Source: Antechinus flavipes (lineage: Eukaryota). From it: a DNA stretch of 64,000 nucleotides. The notes below the pieces were generated by a model, which was not told the DNA's origin, did no database searches, and saw only the letters and a list, made by a program, of their open reading frames with translations. Within the stretch, counting starts at the first letter, position 1; each line of letters begins with the position of its first letter. Positions 14,103 to 27,829 of the stretch are shown in pieces. The stretch is from contig NC_067398.1 of NCBI RefSeq assembly GCF_016432865.1, positions 270,940,001 to 271,004,000 on the forward strand. Reading direction: 5' to 3'. The position numbers and the translations under genes are program-made.

Positions 14103-14287
14103 TTAGAGAACTATTTTTGAATATTCTCTTAAGACCAATTTTTTATTTTGTTACACTGCCTTTTGGAGTGTGTGGGAAAGGAACTCATCCAGGTGATAAA
14201 ATGGAGCATTTTTCACACACTAATCAATTCTTAATGCCATGTAAATAAATAAATATTCTAAATTTGTTTTAAAAATGGGAACAATGA

Positions 14288-14355
14288 TCAGCTAGGTGGT
14301 GCAGTAGATAGAGCACCAGCCCTGAAGTCAGGAGGACCTGAGTTCAAATCTGACC
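14288..14355 (+). mobile_element. Young WSINE1-like head running into a gap
   Basis: cagctaggtggtgcagtagatagagcaccagccctgaagtcaggaggacctgagttcaaat. Confidence 0.78.
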
Positions 14356-14554
14356 NNNNNNNNNNNNNNNNNNNNNNNNNNNNNNNNNNNNNNNNNNNNN
14401 NNNNNNNNNNNNNNNNNNNNNNNNNNNNNNNNNNNNNNNNNNNNNNNNNNNNNNNNNNNNNNNNNNNNNNNNNNNNNNNNNNNNNNNNNGTTGTCAGATA
14501 ATGAGATCATAATTTTAAAGCACTTAACACAGTGCTTGACATATAATATGCACT

Positions 14555-14745
14555 AGGAAACAGCTAGATTGCTCAGTGGAGAGAACATGGAGTCTGGAGT
14601 CAGGAAGACCCAAGTCCAAATCTGTACTAGGTGCATGATCCTGGAAGTCACCTATTTTTTGTTTGCCTTAATCCACTAGAGAAGAAATGGCAAACCACTC
14701 CAGTATCTTTGCCAAGAAAATCTCAGACATTATGGTCTACAGGAG
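14555..14745 (+). mobile_element. MAR1-like SINE
   Basis: Head plus gaaatggcaaaccactccagtatctttgccaagaaaa. Confidence 0.72.
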
Positions 14746-14749
14746 GGAT

Positions 14750-14910
14750 TTTAAATTTTTTTCCATTCATGATTCCTTTTTTTTATGTGACCCCAAATAT
14801 ATAGATATATAAAATAGTTGTACAAATCAAACATTTACTGATAATAAATTTTAGTTTCAAGACCCCCACATTCAGTTATGTGGCTCCATATGGGGTTTAA
14901 GAAGTTTTAC
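14750..14910. mobile_element. Non-autonomous hAT-like DNA element, reverse copy of 18455-18630
   Basis: Shared segments gaccccatatggg / ccatatgggg and ttatcagtaaatgtttgattt / aaatcaaacatttactgataa. Confidence 0.55.
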
Positions 14911-16149
14911 TCTATGGAGTCACAAAGAATCATATGTTAGCTATTATTATTATAATATACTACCATATCTATGAGCTCACTTAAAGATATTTTTTGATAA
15001 CTGTACTTCAAAATAACTGGTCTTTATAGTCTTATTAACTTTATTTTATGTATTTAAAAACATAATTCTGAGAAGGGATCTATAGAATTCCCCAGATTGC
15101 CAAAAAGATTCATGACATAAAAACTATTTAAAGATTCCTATTATATAGAATATGAACAGAATTGTTTTTATAGAGGAAATTGCTTTAAAAGGAAAATATT
15201 GCTAAAGACTGAAGGATCTGATAAGAATAGAATATGAAACCAAAGTGACATTTGCACTCAGATTTCTGAAGTAATCATCAGTGTTACCACAGTTACCTGA
15301 TTTCCCTCATGTGGTTATAGCCTTTATGATGATATCAGAAATTCTCTGATGTGGAGGTATATCAAGTTATTGTTTCTAATTCACAGTGTTTTCTGCCTTC
15401 CTTGAACCAAATGCCACAGTCACAGGGGAAATGGAATCCATTTTCTTATTAAATGTTAGCATATTAAATGAGACAAGCCCAGTCTCAGAATAAGTCTCCC
15501 TGGGGAATTCATAAACAGAATCCAAAATGCAGTAAAGAAAAATGGCAAGGGTATCTCCTTCATCTCTCAGAAGGCATTTCTTTTTCTAAATGCATCTTAT
15601 GCTGTGTATGCACTTTTATGCTGTGTAGCATTGCCTCATTAAAAATTAGTCTATTTTTCAGCAGTTGATGGTTCACCGCTTACTTCTTAATTGGCTTTGT
15701 TTTTGGGGAGAAGGTAGTTCAGGAACATCCAGAATGATAAATACATTCACTTAAAAAAAGCTTTCAGACTGAGATAGATAGTACAATTTTGAATATTGCA
15801 TAAAGAAGAGCAATTATTTTCTTCCTCAATTCTTTAGTCTGTCCCTTTAAAATCTAAAGCCAGTAACATCTCAAGGAAGTGAAAATGACCTGTTTTGACA
15901 AGCCAACATGTACTTTGTTACAGATGACTAAAATCCAATTCAAATCTTGTTTCTCTTTCCATTTCTCAGGCTACATTTGAAGTCTCTTTGTGTTTTTGAT
16001 TACAGGGGACTCCGGGATACAACAAATCTATGATAAAATCTTAGCAAGGGGTTGGATTAAGCATTGAATAAAATCCTCAATGTATGTAACCAAATCCTTC
16101 ATACTAGCCTTAAGTTAAACCTGGAGTCATGAGGGCTAGTTATAACAGT

Positions 16150-17060
16150 CAGATATGTTCAAAACTGGTTTCATGTTCAAATTCTGAAGAACAGTCATTG
16201 ATGGAGTGTTGTCAATCTTGAGAAATGTCTCAAGATCTGTCCTAGCCCCTTCTTTGTTATAAAGGAGAAAGCATAGAAAACACATTTAGCAAATCAGCAG
16301 TTAATATGAAACTGGGAAAGAGTAGCTCATATGCAGGGTAACAGGAATTAAGACAGATATCTACAGATCAGATCACTGGGTCATATCAAATAAAATGAAT
16401 TTTAGAATCTCTGCATTTAGGACTGGAGGTAACAAAGATAATTTAATTCAACCCTTACTTTTATTTTATAGATAACCAAAAGAATGAATAAAATATTGAT
16501 TGTGTGGTTACTAAGTATAAAGCACTGATGTTAAGTATTGGGGATACAAGTAGAAAATTAAGGCAGTCTTTGCTGTTAAGGAACTCACATTAAAATTATA
16601 TGTATACACACATATATAAACATTATAATATATTTATAAGTGTACATTATAAAATATTGAGACATATCATAATTATAATACTTATAATTTTATAACAAGA
16701 TGTCCAACATTTTATAATATAAAGTTATGCCAAAGAATTAAATGTCTTTCCCTAACATCTCAAAGGTATCAAGTTACAAGATATAATTCAACCCCTGGTC
16801 CTTGGACTCCAAATCTCAGGTTCTTATACCACAGATAAATGTAACAGAAAATCAACTATGCAAATATATATGCGATAGAAGGATGGGGAAAATAAAGATC
16901 AGACAAAAGTTCCTGTATAAAAATAGCCTGGGGATTTTAGTAGCTTGCAACTTGGCAAAAAAACAAAAACAAAACCAAACAAAAAACCAAACCAAAACCA
17001 AAAAACCCACCCAACTTTTTTTTTTTTTAGTGGACCAAACCTGTGATTTCATTACCATAG
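16150..17060 (+). mobile_element. Ancient CR1/L3 LINE fragments, interrupted by later insertions
   Basis: caagatctgtcctagcccc...aaactgggaaag...aataaaatgaatttt...aaaatcaact resembles the decayed CR1/L3 RT region. Confidence 0.5.
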
Positions 17061-17689
17061 GGAGATCCCACTAGGGAACTCACTTTCAATCGATCTCCTA
17101 CTTATGTTTCACTACCTTTTTTCAACAAGTTAAAATATGAGTAAAAAATAGGACGTGAAAATTTAAAAAATATATATTTTTTAACATTGCCCTTGCTGTT
17201 TCATTGATGTAGGGAACTGATTTCTTAGATACAGGGAACTAACTGCTAGATGGGAAAACTGTCAGATGGTGAGTGGACTAGAAATCCACATGAGGGTCAG
17301 TTCAGGATGTTTAGTGTGGAGTAGAGAGGACTTAGGGAACTTCCCAATTGATTATTTAAATAGCTAGTCCAATTCTATGTGTCCTCTCCTCTGCAATCTC
17401 ATGCTTATTTGCTCTCTCACAGGTCCCATCTTGCCAAATCAAGACCTTGATTATTCCCATCAGCTAGCTATTTTTTTTTTTTCCCTTCTCATGTGCTTGC
17501 AGAAAAGAGCTGGGTTAAGTCACATGCAGATTGGGTCTTTATGTAACCTTGATCCTCTCCCCTTCAATTTTTTCCAGTAGATAGCTCATGCTATCCACAC
17601 TATCTACCTTGCCTCTAATCACATTTTCTGCCTTTCTATTGGTTTTTCCTGTTGCTTATTTATATTCACAAATATTTTTCTTAAAAAGA

Positions 17690-18445
17690 AAAAAAGAAAA
17701 AATTCCAACTGCCCAGACTTTACCATTTTGCAATCATCCCCTATCTTTCTTACTTTTCTTAGTCAAACATCAACTTTCTTCTCATTCTTCTAAAATCTCT
17801 TTTGTGTTGTTTAGTTGTTTTCATTCTGTCTTATCCAATTCTTTGTTATCCTATGTTTTTTTTTTTTTTGTACAAGCCAAACTGTATTTAGCTTTATTAA
17901 AGATACTTTTCATAAGCAATCATGGTAATCATAGCAGGACAAGGGCTATGATCAATAACAGTATAATTTACATAACAATATATTTCTTGGCAAAGTTATT
18001 GGAGCAGTTTCCCATTTCCTTCTCCATCTTACGTTACAGAAAAGGAAACTGAGTTAAGCGACTTCCTCAGAGTCACACTGCTAGTATGTTGGAGGCCAGA
18101 TCTAAATACATAAAGATGAATCTTCCTGACTTCAGGCCTTGTACTTTAGCCACTTCATCTCCCAGCTGCCCCTAACTCTCTATATTTTAGCTTTTAACTT
18201 AATATAGAATTTGTTCTTCCCAGTTACCAATGGTTTCTTAATTGCTAAACATGATAGTTTTTTCTTCAATCCTGACCTCTCTATATTTAACATTATTGAC
18301 TATCCTTCCTCCTGGATCTTTTCTCATTTCTGGGGTGTTTTTTTGTGGGGATGTAGGGACGGAAGGATCACTTCTCTTTTTATTGATTCTCCCTCTATCT
18401 ATTTGACTGTTCTCTTTTCAGTCTTCTTTATTGGATTACCATAAA
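17690..18445 (+). mobile_element. L2 remnant interrupted by a SINE (~17945-18175)
   Basis: L2-like body on both sides of a reverse MIR/MAR1-like copy. Confidence 0.55.
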
Positions 18446-18454
18446 CTTCCCAAT

Positions 18455-18630
18455 TTCTTAAACTGTGGTTTGTGACCCCATATGGGATCTTGTAACTGAA
18501 ATGTGAGAGTCATGAAATTATGAATTATTATCAGTAAATGTTTGATTTTTTACTTATTTTACATATCTAAATATCCAGGATGACATAAAAATTTCTCAGG
18601 CAAAAAAGGATTGTGAATTCAAAAAGTTTA
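18455..18630. mobile_element. Non-autonomous hAT-like DNA element inserted in an L2
   Basis: ttcttaaactgtgg..gaccccatatggg head; inverted relative of 14750-14910. Confidence 0.55.
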
Positions 18631-19207
18631 GTCCTGACCACATCCATTAATTGTGGATGCTTCTTAATTTTCTATCTTGGCATTTCTCTCTATGTTCTCT
18701 TACATGGTGAGGTAGAAGATGCAACATTTTCAGTGAGGAACAGTAGTAAGGCCAAGTTAACCTATCCATAGAATACATAGAGGTGAGTACTATATTTTAA
18801 TTTACAATGTTAAAATGGAGCAAGGTTTGAAGAGCTTTAAATAGCAGATAGGTAGCATAGTATTTAAAGCACTGGACCCAGAAACAGGAAGATCTGAGTT
18901 CAAATTCAGCCTTAAACAATTATCTTTCCACAAGTGACTGTCTAGTTATTCTTGAATCCTGGTCTTGTACCACTAACTGTGTTTTGGACATTTGAAACAA
19001 AATCAACCGAAATACAACACATCTAATACAGAACTTACTGTCTTTTACTTACACCCATCATTCTTCTGAACTTCTCTATTACTATCTAGAACACCTCTAT
19101 TTCTTCTAATAATAATCTAGTTATTGCAACTTTGATCTTATTCTCAATTCCTTAGTTTCATTCATGTTATATATCCAATCAGTTGTAAAATCTTGTTATT
19201 TCTATCT

Positions 19208-19842
19208 TGTGGCAAATGAAATATCCTGAGAGACAGAGTTCCTGAGTAATTAATAATGAATTTATTAATTAGCATAGCCAGCAATCAATAATTTAATGGT
19301 CACTGTTTTTTTTCAGTAATTAAATGTAAGCCCATGGAGAACTTGAAAGCCTTAAATACTTTGACAATTGAAAAATTATTGACAATTGAAAATCCTGATT
19401 AGTGAACATTCAATGAGGAGGTAGACCAGTAGTTTTCAGTTTTTCCAGCTGACATCATGGCTTAATGAATGAGACTTAACCTCCTCTCGTAATCCATCTC
19501 CAACCAGACTATTCTTGTAAGTTTTCTCCTTCATGAGCTAGGTCACCTTAAATTCTTATGGAGGGGTACAAGGATGGGGCTCTTTTCTCTAGAGTAAGAA
19601 CTCACTTAGACTGAATTCTGTTTCTATTCAAAACAGAAATTAGGTCTTCTAGTTGTGGAGTTTTGTGTAGGATTAAAAAACATGTTCTTTGAGGCTATGA
19701 ATAATCTCATCCATCAGTCATGTCCTTCAGAGGCTGACTTTTTAACAAGATCTGGGCCTTAACGAGGAAATTGATGAGAAAAACCTGGATCCCAGTTTAA
19801 CAAATGGTTATTAATATACTAGCTAAACAATAATTTTTCTCA
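19208..19842 (-). mobile_element. Probable older solo LTR inserted into an L2 relic
   Basis: TG...CA ends; near-TSD atct/gtct; minus-strand TATA-like tatttaagg at ~19350 and AATAAA at 19261-19266 about 50 bp from the end. The L2-like flanks rejoin when it is removed. Confidence 0.55.
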
Positions 19843-20374
19843 GTCTCAACAATATTTCTCACATATACTTTCTTTTCCCCACTCACATTGCTACCAAAAA
19901 TAGCTTAGGATCGAACCATCTTCTAGCCTTCTCATCAAGTCTATTGGGATAGTTCCCTAACAGTTTTCCATGCCTCAAGGCCCTCCCTATTGCCCCCCAT
20001 CCATATTGCCCCCAAATCAAATTTGCAAAAGCTCAGATCTCACCATTTGGTCCCTTTTTGCCTCTCCTACTAATAAACTCCAGTAGTTCCTTGTTACTTC
20101 TAAGACAACATTTAAAATGTTCTTGGACACTGAGAAAAGGGAACAAGCATTTAAGTGTCTGTTATGTGACAGGCACCACACTAAATACTTTACAATATTA
20201 GTAAATTTATTCTCTCAACAACTTTAGGAGGTTGATTATTATCATTATCTTCATCTTACATTCAGAATAAACTGAGGCAGAGGTTGACATGCCCAGTGTC
20301 CTACAGCTAGTATTACAGGCTGGATTTAAATTCAGATCTTCCTAACTAGGTCTAGTACTCTAAGCTGCCATTTA

Positions 20375-20926
20375 AAATTAAAAAAAATTCTTTATTATTT
20401 TATTTTTTTCCTGATAATATACATTTCTTTGTGAATCATGTTGTGAGAGAAAAATCAGAAGAAAAGGGAAAAATCACAGGAGAGAAAAAAAACAGAAAAA
20501 AGAATTGAACATAGCATGTGTTGATTTACATTGAATCTTTATAGTTTTTTTTCTACATGCAGATGAAATTTTCTATCCAAAATTTACTGGGATTGCATGG
20601 AATCACTGCATACTGAGAAGAATCAAGTTTTTCATAGTTGATCATTGCACAATTTTGCTGTTACTGTGTACAATGTATTCTTGGTTCTACTTATTTCACT
20701 CAGCATCAGTTCATGTAAATCTTTTTAGACATTTCTAAAATCAGCTTGTTCATTATTTTTTATAGAATAGTAACATTACATTACCTTTATATATCACAAC
20801 TTATTCAGTCATTTCCCAAATGATGGGCATCTACTCATTTTCTAATGCTTAGCTAACACAAAAAGAACTGCTACAAATATTTTTACATGGGTCTTTTTTC
20901 CTCCTTTATGATTTCCTTGGCATACT
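20375..20926 (-). mobile_element. 5'-truncated L1 3' end
   Basis: L1 3' UTR in reverse; 12-bp TSD agctgccattta (20363-20374 and 20927-20938). Confidence 0.82.
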
Positions 20927-22049
20927 AGCTGCCATTTATAAAAAGCCCTTCAAAGTCTTGCTCCAACCTAACTTTCCAATCTTATAACATATTACTCTCT
21001 TCCATGTACTCTACGGTCAGGTTTTGGCCTTCCTACTGTTTTTCACCTAAAGTATTGTGTCTCTAGTCTCCATGCTTTTGATTAGTTGACCTCAAAATTA
21101 TTTTACATCTGTTCTGATTATAAATCTATAATCCTTTGATTCAGAATCCTATACTGAAGAGGGAATTCCTGTTCAGGTGTGGTTTGGCTTAGATGCTGCC
21201 CTCTAAGGTCTTTTAAAACTCTGCTTTAGCAGAAGACACTATAAACCAAAATGGGTACTTGAGAAATTCTTGTTAATTATAGCAAATGTAAGATTTTGCA
21301 TGAAGGTCAATCAGCTAAGTTCCATTTCCCATCTCCATGCCTCTGCACTGGCCATTCCCCCATGTCTGGAACACACTGCTTCCTCAGCTCCATCTCAGGA
21401 AGTCCCTCGTGTCCTTCAGTTCTCAGCTCAAGCATCACCTACTGCTTGATGTCTTTTCTGACTTCCTCTCTAAGCTACCTTATATTTATTGTCAATATAT
21501 TTCCTATGTGCATGTCATAGAGAGCTGAGCTTAGAGGCAGGAAGACATGAATTTAAAAATGACCTCAGACACTAGCTGTGTGATCTTGAACAAGCCACTT
21601 AACCTGTGCCTGTGTGTACAATGAGAATAGTAATAGCACCTACCTCCCAGAGCTGTCTTGAGAGACTTAGTACAATATCTGATAGATAGTAGGTACTTAA
21701 TAAACACATTCTCTTCCTCTTCCCTTCCCAATAGAATGTCAGATCCTAAGAGCAGGAACTATTTCATTGTTGCTTTTATATTCCTGTTACTTAGCATGGT
21801 TGTCTGGTATGAACTAGGGACTTAATAAATGCTATCTATTAACTGAAAACCTCAAACTGGCTGTAAGCCAAAATGAGGCTAAAATTAGGCAATCATCCAC
21901 TTGAGATAAAACATAAAAATAGTCCAAAAAATGTATTTCGATATAATTTTTAAAATTATTTTTTAATGACAGATAATTGGTGTGTAGGTATTCTATAATA
22001 GGTTGAAGTGTATTTGTTTCAATAAAAGCTAAAAGCTTCTGTAAGATGT

Positions 22050-22290
22050 TATTGATGTCATTTCAATTATGTCAGATACTTTCTGACCCTATTTGGGGTT
22101 TTCTTGGCAAAGATACTAGAGTGATTTACCATTTCCTTCTCCAGGTCATTTTACAGATGAGGAAACTGAAGTAGAATTAAGTGAAGAAGAATTAAGTAGT
22201 CACACAGCTAATAAGTGTCTGAGACTGGATTTGAATTTGGGAAGATGAGTCTTCCTGACAATAGATACTCTATCCACTGTGCCACCTGGC
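22050..22290 (-). mobile_element. MAR1-like SINE
   Basis: Reverse-complement tail, core and head. Confidence 0.75.
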
Positions 22291-23784
22291 TGCTGCTCCC
22301 AGAGGGGGCAACCCACAAAGAGTTAGAAACAGTTTAGGGAAAATACCTGACTTGTAGTCTGAAAGTAAGAGTCAGAACCCAGTTCTTTCACTCTTTTACA
22401 ATATGAAATTGATCATGCTACTTTCACCTCTCTTGGTACCTCAGTTTCCTCATCTGTAAAATGCTATTTTTAGATTACAAAATTTCTAAGTTCTTAACAG
22501 CTCTAATAGTCTATGATTTAGGAAACTCAGTAACATCCCTTGTGATGAGCATGGCTCCCATTAAATGACAGAAGGCAAACTTTGTTAACCTTGCCAAAAG
22601 CATAAAAATGTGTCTCAGTAGCTTTAAGCGACATTCAATTAGTCAAGTAATTCTCTAGGCTAACATCACTTAAATTTCAGTACATGTGTGTTGATTCAAG
22701 GGACAACTGTCATTTGGAAACAAGCAGAATACTATGTCCTTGAATTTTCTATGAGAAGCTCAAAGTACTTTTTATGTCTTTTTTTTTTTAACATGAATTC
22801 TGAAACATCTTTTTTCCCCTAAAATAATTTCTAAGTGATTTAATATGAAGGAACAGATGCTGTTTTTTTTCATTGTTAAGGATTCAGGAACCGAGATGCT
22901 AACAAATTAAGTGGTTTTCTCAAGGTCAGAGGCGCTAACAGTTCACAATTCATTGGGATTCTGAATGTGGGGTACTCATTTAGAATGATTCTGCAGACAG
23001 AACTTTGCTGCCAGACAAACCCATGACATGCCTGAGGTGGATAGTCATTGTTTTACTCAAAATGATACTATTCTGTTCTCACTGCAAATGTGTCCATCCT
23101 TCTGAAGCATTCTCTGTATGCAGAGGCTCTTAACTGGACATCCAAGAACTTGTTTTTTTAAGGATACTTTGATAATGGTATTTCAAGATAATTGGTCTTT
23201 TTTGGTAATGCTATGCATTTAAAAACATTCTTCTGAGTTGTCCAGAGAATTCACCAAATTACTAAAGAGGTCCACAACACAAAAATTATTAAGATCCCCT
23301 AGTCTACTGTCTGTCTCATGTACACTAGGACACAGTTTGATTTTGTTTTGAATCTCCTGGTTCCTAAATCAGCTGGAGCTGGAACCCCTTTTCATGTAGT
23401 TAAACATGACAATTGCCAGCTGTGAGGAAATATCATGCTAGGGAGGCTCACTGCCTTTAATTAGAGCTATTTTTTGGTCTTTAAAATGAGAATTGGCTTC
23501 TTTGTAAAACAAGTTGTGTTATTATAAATAGAAGCAACATAGTAGAAAGAATCTGGAACCTGGCATTGGAACATGGGGAGCCATAACCCAGCTCTGATGT
23601 TTACTAATTGTATATAAAAAGTAGTGGTTAAATATCAGATATTCCAACAGAAGACAATTTCCTTAAAGGAGGCACCAACAGATTGCTTTTGTACCTTCAG
23701 AACCTACCATAGTTATTCAGAGTTGATGCTTGATGAATAATTGTTGAATTTAATTTAACTGACCATGTGTAAATTCCCAAAAGC

Positions 23785-24122
23785 AGTTAGATGGTGCCAC
23801 AGTGAACAGAATGCTGGGTCTAGAGTCAGAAAGACTCATTTTCCTGAGTTCAAATATGGTCTCAGTCTTTTACCAGCTTTTGTTGTGGTTATTCAGCTGT
23901 TTCAGCCATGCTCAGTTCTTCATGATCCCATTTAGGATTTTCTTGGCAAGCATACTGGAGTAGTTTGTCTTTTCTTCTCCAGCTCTTTATACAGTTGAGG
24001 AAACTGAGGCAAACTGGATTAAGTAACTTACCCAGGGTCATATAGAAGGAAGTATCTGAGGCTGAATTTGAACTCAGATCTTCCTGACTACAGGTCAAGG
24101 ATTCTACCCATTCTGCCACCTA
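23785..24122. mobile_element. Two abutting CORE-SINEs in opposite orientation (+ head 23785-23878; - full copy 23880-24122)
   Basis: A plus-strand tRNA head is followed directly by the reverse-complement tail, core and head of a MAR1-like copy. Confidence 0.7.
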
Positions 24123-24879
24123 AATAAATATATATTTATATAACAAACACATGCATATATATACATATGGATATATAAACATATGTATACATGCCTATAT
24201 ACACATGCATATGTAAACATACAATGAATGATGTGTAATGTGCATATGTCTCTTGAACTACAAGTTTTATACAAGTAGAAAGTAGTGGAGTTGAGTCTGA
24301 TTTTGGTCTAGTTTTCTTTTCTTAAATCCATGCAACATATTGGTTTATATTGATTCTTCCCTACTCCTCTATAAATGCTTCTCTAGAGCCTTCGGCTCCA
24401 TTCCTAATACCAAATCCTTAAGGCATACTGATTTCTTCATTTTCATAACCATATTGCTTTGCAGCTATAGTGCAGCCTCTTGTTATTGGAGGAAATGTAG
24501 TCCTACTCCAACATCACAAACTATACAGAGGCCCACCTTGAGTAAAAGGCAATTTTAGTTAAGTGTGAATTCTGGTGGCTCCTACTAGAGATATCTATGA
24601 CTGCTGTCCAAGGAGCAGCCTAGTTTTTGGAAAAGTTCATTATTATCAAATTGGCTACTTATTATTTTAGGGGAGAAGAATGGGCACAGCAATTCAAGAA
24701 AGGGTTACTAAGATATGGAATGTTTGAGATTTGAATTACTTAAAATTGTGAAATTAATATAACAACAAGCCTGTATTAGGGACTAACATGTAACTTAGGG
24801 GATGTATTCCAAAAACAAACAGTGATGGATGAGGGAGACAATAACAACTAGGGGAATCAAGAATGGCTTCTTCAGAAAG

Positions 24880-25916
24880 CTGGGAAAAATTTTTTACAGC
24901 CATTGTTTCTGATCAAGGGTAATTTCTAAAATATTTAGAGAACTGAATCAAATTTAAAAGAATGTCATTCTCCAACTGATAAATGACCAGAGGATATGAA
25001 CAGTTTTTAGATGAAGAAACTAAAGCCATTTCTAGTCACATGAAAAAATGCTCTAAATCACTATTGATTAGAGAATTGCAAATTAAGATAACTGACAAAA
25101 AGATAATAATAAACGTTGGAGGGAATGTAAAAAAACTGATATACTAATGCATTGTTGATGGAGCGGTGAATTGATTCAACAATTCTGGAAAACAACTTTG
25201 AACTATGCCCAGAGGGCAATAAAACTATCCATATTCTTTGATCCAGCAATGTCTCTATTGGATTTGTTTCCCAAAGAGATAATAAAAAGGAAAAAAGAGA
25301 AATGCACAAAAATGTTTGGAGCAGCTTTTTTTTTCTTTTTTCATAGTGGCAAGGAACTGGAAATTGAGCAGATGCTCCTTAGGGAATGGCTGAATAAAGT
25401 AATGGTATATGAATGTAATGGAATATTATTGTTCTATAAGAAATGATGAGCAGACTGATTTTAGAAAAGCCTGGAAAGGCTTATATCAACTGATACTAAA
25501 CCAAGAGAACATTGTACACCATAACAAAAGATTATGTGATGATCAACTGAGATAGACTTGGCTCTTTTTAAAAAGTCCAATAGACTTGTGATGGAACGTG
25601 CGTCTACATCCAAAGAGAGAACTATGTGGATTAAAGCATAGTATTTTTACCTTTTTGTTGTTGTTTGTTTGGTTGTTTTTTTCCCCGTGTTTTTTTCCCC
25701 TTTTGATCTAATTTTTCTTGTGCAGCATGACAAATATGGAAATATGTTTAGAAGAATTGCACATGTTTAACCTATATTGGATTGCTTGCTGTCTTGGGAA
25801 GAGAGGAGGGAGAGAAGAGGGAGAAAAATTTGGAACACAAGATTTTGCAAAGGTGAAAGTTGAAAACTATCTTTGCATGTATTTGGCAAAATAAAATACT
25901 ATTTTTAAAAAAGAAG
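24880..25916 (+). mobile_element. 5'-truncated older L1 (decayed ORF2 end plus 3' UTR)
   Basis: L1 ORF2-like remnants (IRELQIK, LLDLFPKEI, MFGAA, LREWLNK); slightly diverged TSD aatggcttctt..agaaag at ~24862-24879 and ~25920-25938. Confidence 0.88.
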
Positions 25917-26269
25917 AAAAATGGCTTCTTGAAGAAAGTAGCATTAGAGCCAAGTCTTTAAGGAAGAAGCTAAATGTTTTAAAAGGCTAAAGTGAGAAGA
26001 GAATTCTGGGCCTGAAGACAGCCTGGAGTATGGAGATAGAAGATGGAATGCAGTATATGGGAAACACCAAACAGTCTTCCTTTTGAAATATTAAAATACA
26101 ATTTTATTTTTAGGCTACATTATAAATTCCTGAGGATAGGAACTGATCATATTTACTTTTATTTTTCTAGCTAAATGATTATATAAAAATGTTTTTTGTT
26201 GTAACAGCCATTATACAATTCATATTACTGCCTAGAACCTTTCAGTTGTCATAAATAAAGCTTTTTTAA

Positions 26270-26520
26270 GCTAAGGTCTTCAACAAGTCTCAGTTTGACT
26301 GAGGCCCTACCCATTTAGTGATTAAGATTAGTTAGTCCAAAAAAAGAAAAAATTGAAATAAATAAATAAATGTCTGGGGAGGAGAAGACCCTCTAAAGCT
26401 GAAAAGATTGCTATTTACATTCAATCTGAGTCAATCAAGAACCAAATAACGAACAAATTGGGCTTGACCTAGGACCTTCTGCTGGCCAGTCAGATAGATT
26501 TTGGTTAAAGGCACAGTCCT
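26270..26520. mobile_element. RTE-associated marsupial SINE (WALLSI/RTESINE-like) fragment
   Basis: ctcagtttgactgagg..cccatttagtgattaag motif, recalled from consensus. Confidence 0.45.
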
Positions 26521-26634
26521 AAGAAAAGAAATCTAGCTACTAAACTCTAAAATATTTAGGATGATTCAGGGCAGCAAAAGAAAAGAAAAAGATGCTTTTA
26601 GGAGTATCTGTAGTTAAAGGTAAGATACCTTAGG

Positions 26635-26740
26635 GAATTAAAAAGGAGGGAAAGAAGGAAGGAAGGAGAGAAGGGAAAAAGAAAGGAAAAAAGGGAAAGA
26701 TGAAGGGGGAGGGAGGAAAGCGGAAAAGAAGGAGGGAATC
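26635..26740. repeat. GA-rich polypurine low-complexity tract
   Basis: Read directly. Confidence 0.9.
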
Positions 26741-26759
26741 TTTCAGCTGACCAAACTTT

Positions 26760-27200
26760 TGACTAAAGGTTTCCACATTTCACAAATTGGAATGAATTTT
26801 TAGATGGAATATGAGCAATTTGGTTGCCTAATGAGTTATAAAATGAATTTCTGCATAAATAAAAGGGATTATATCACTTTGTAGAGGATATAAGGTGAAG
26901 TAATACTTCTCTGTGTTTAAAAAAACAAACAAAGATAGTAAAACAGTTTTTTGAGACAGAGAATGTTAAGAGGACTAGTTTGAGGACTGAGAATGGGCCA
27001 AGGCTGCATAGTATTTGATTCACTAGTTCATTTGTACATAACTGTTTTTAAGACCTAAGAGGTTAAAAATCACTGAATAATGAATAAGACAAAACTGTCC
27101 AGAAATTATGGAATGGTTACATAAGGACAAGTAGATTCAGTTCTCATACAAAAAAGGAGTTTAAATGGAGTTAGTGCCTTTTTTACTTTGAAAAGGAGAA
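26760..27200 (+). mobile_element. Ancient CR1/L3 fragment
   Basis: Decayed similarity to the CR1/L3 RT and 3' region. Confidence 0.4.
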
Positions 27201-27829
27201 GGGAGACACTGATTCAAATTGTTGAAAGGATAAAGAATCTGGCTGGATTGGTCAAGAGCAGGCAAGAGAGAAGTAATGGAGATTCAACAAGGAGATAAAA
27301 AACCCAGCTCTGACAGATCAGTATGAAGTAACTTGTTGAAGACTTCAGTTGCTGTTGGCTGAATAAACATGGAATGCTAATAGGAAGATAGCTACTATCT
27401 CTTACCATCTTCAGTGTGAGAGATGTGAAATTTCTCAGAGGTACTCTTGTTATTCTCTGATATAAGTGGGAAAAATAGAAAGGAGAAAAACAGGCTTAAC
27501 AACTATCTGTTTTACTGTTGGATCATCTGGCTGACAACTGAGTGGATAATACAGAACCCTTGCAAGTGAAAAGCTTGGCTGGGCTTGTCTACAATACCTA
27601 CAGAGAGCCATCCTAATGAATTCTGATCTGAAGCAGACTACTAGACAATACAATAGTCCAATATTTTTTTCATTTTCCTTTTAAGGATTAATTAAAAGAA
27701 CCTATCAATGCTTTATTATTCCAAGAGTAGAAGAGAAGAATAATTAAAAGAAGGTGCCAATATTCTTGAACAAACTGATGACAAACTGATGATGGACCTC
27801 AGAATTTTATCCCAAGCATACTGGTTCTC

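Noticed and set aside
17588-18052. 154-aa hydrophobic ORF as a membrane protein
   Set aside because: Built from T-rich L2 and SINE remnants; no recognisable domain.
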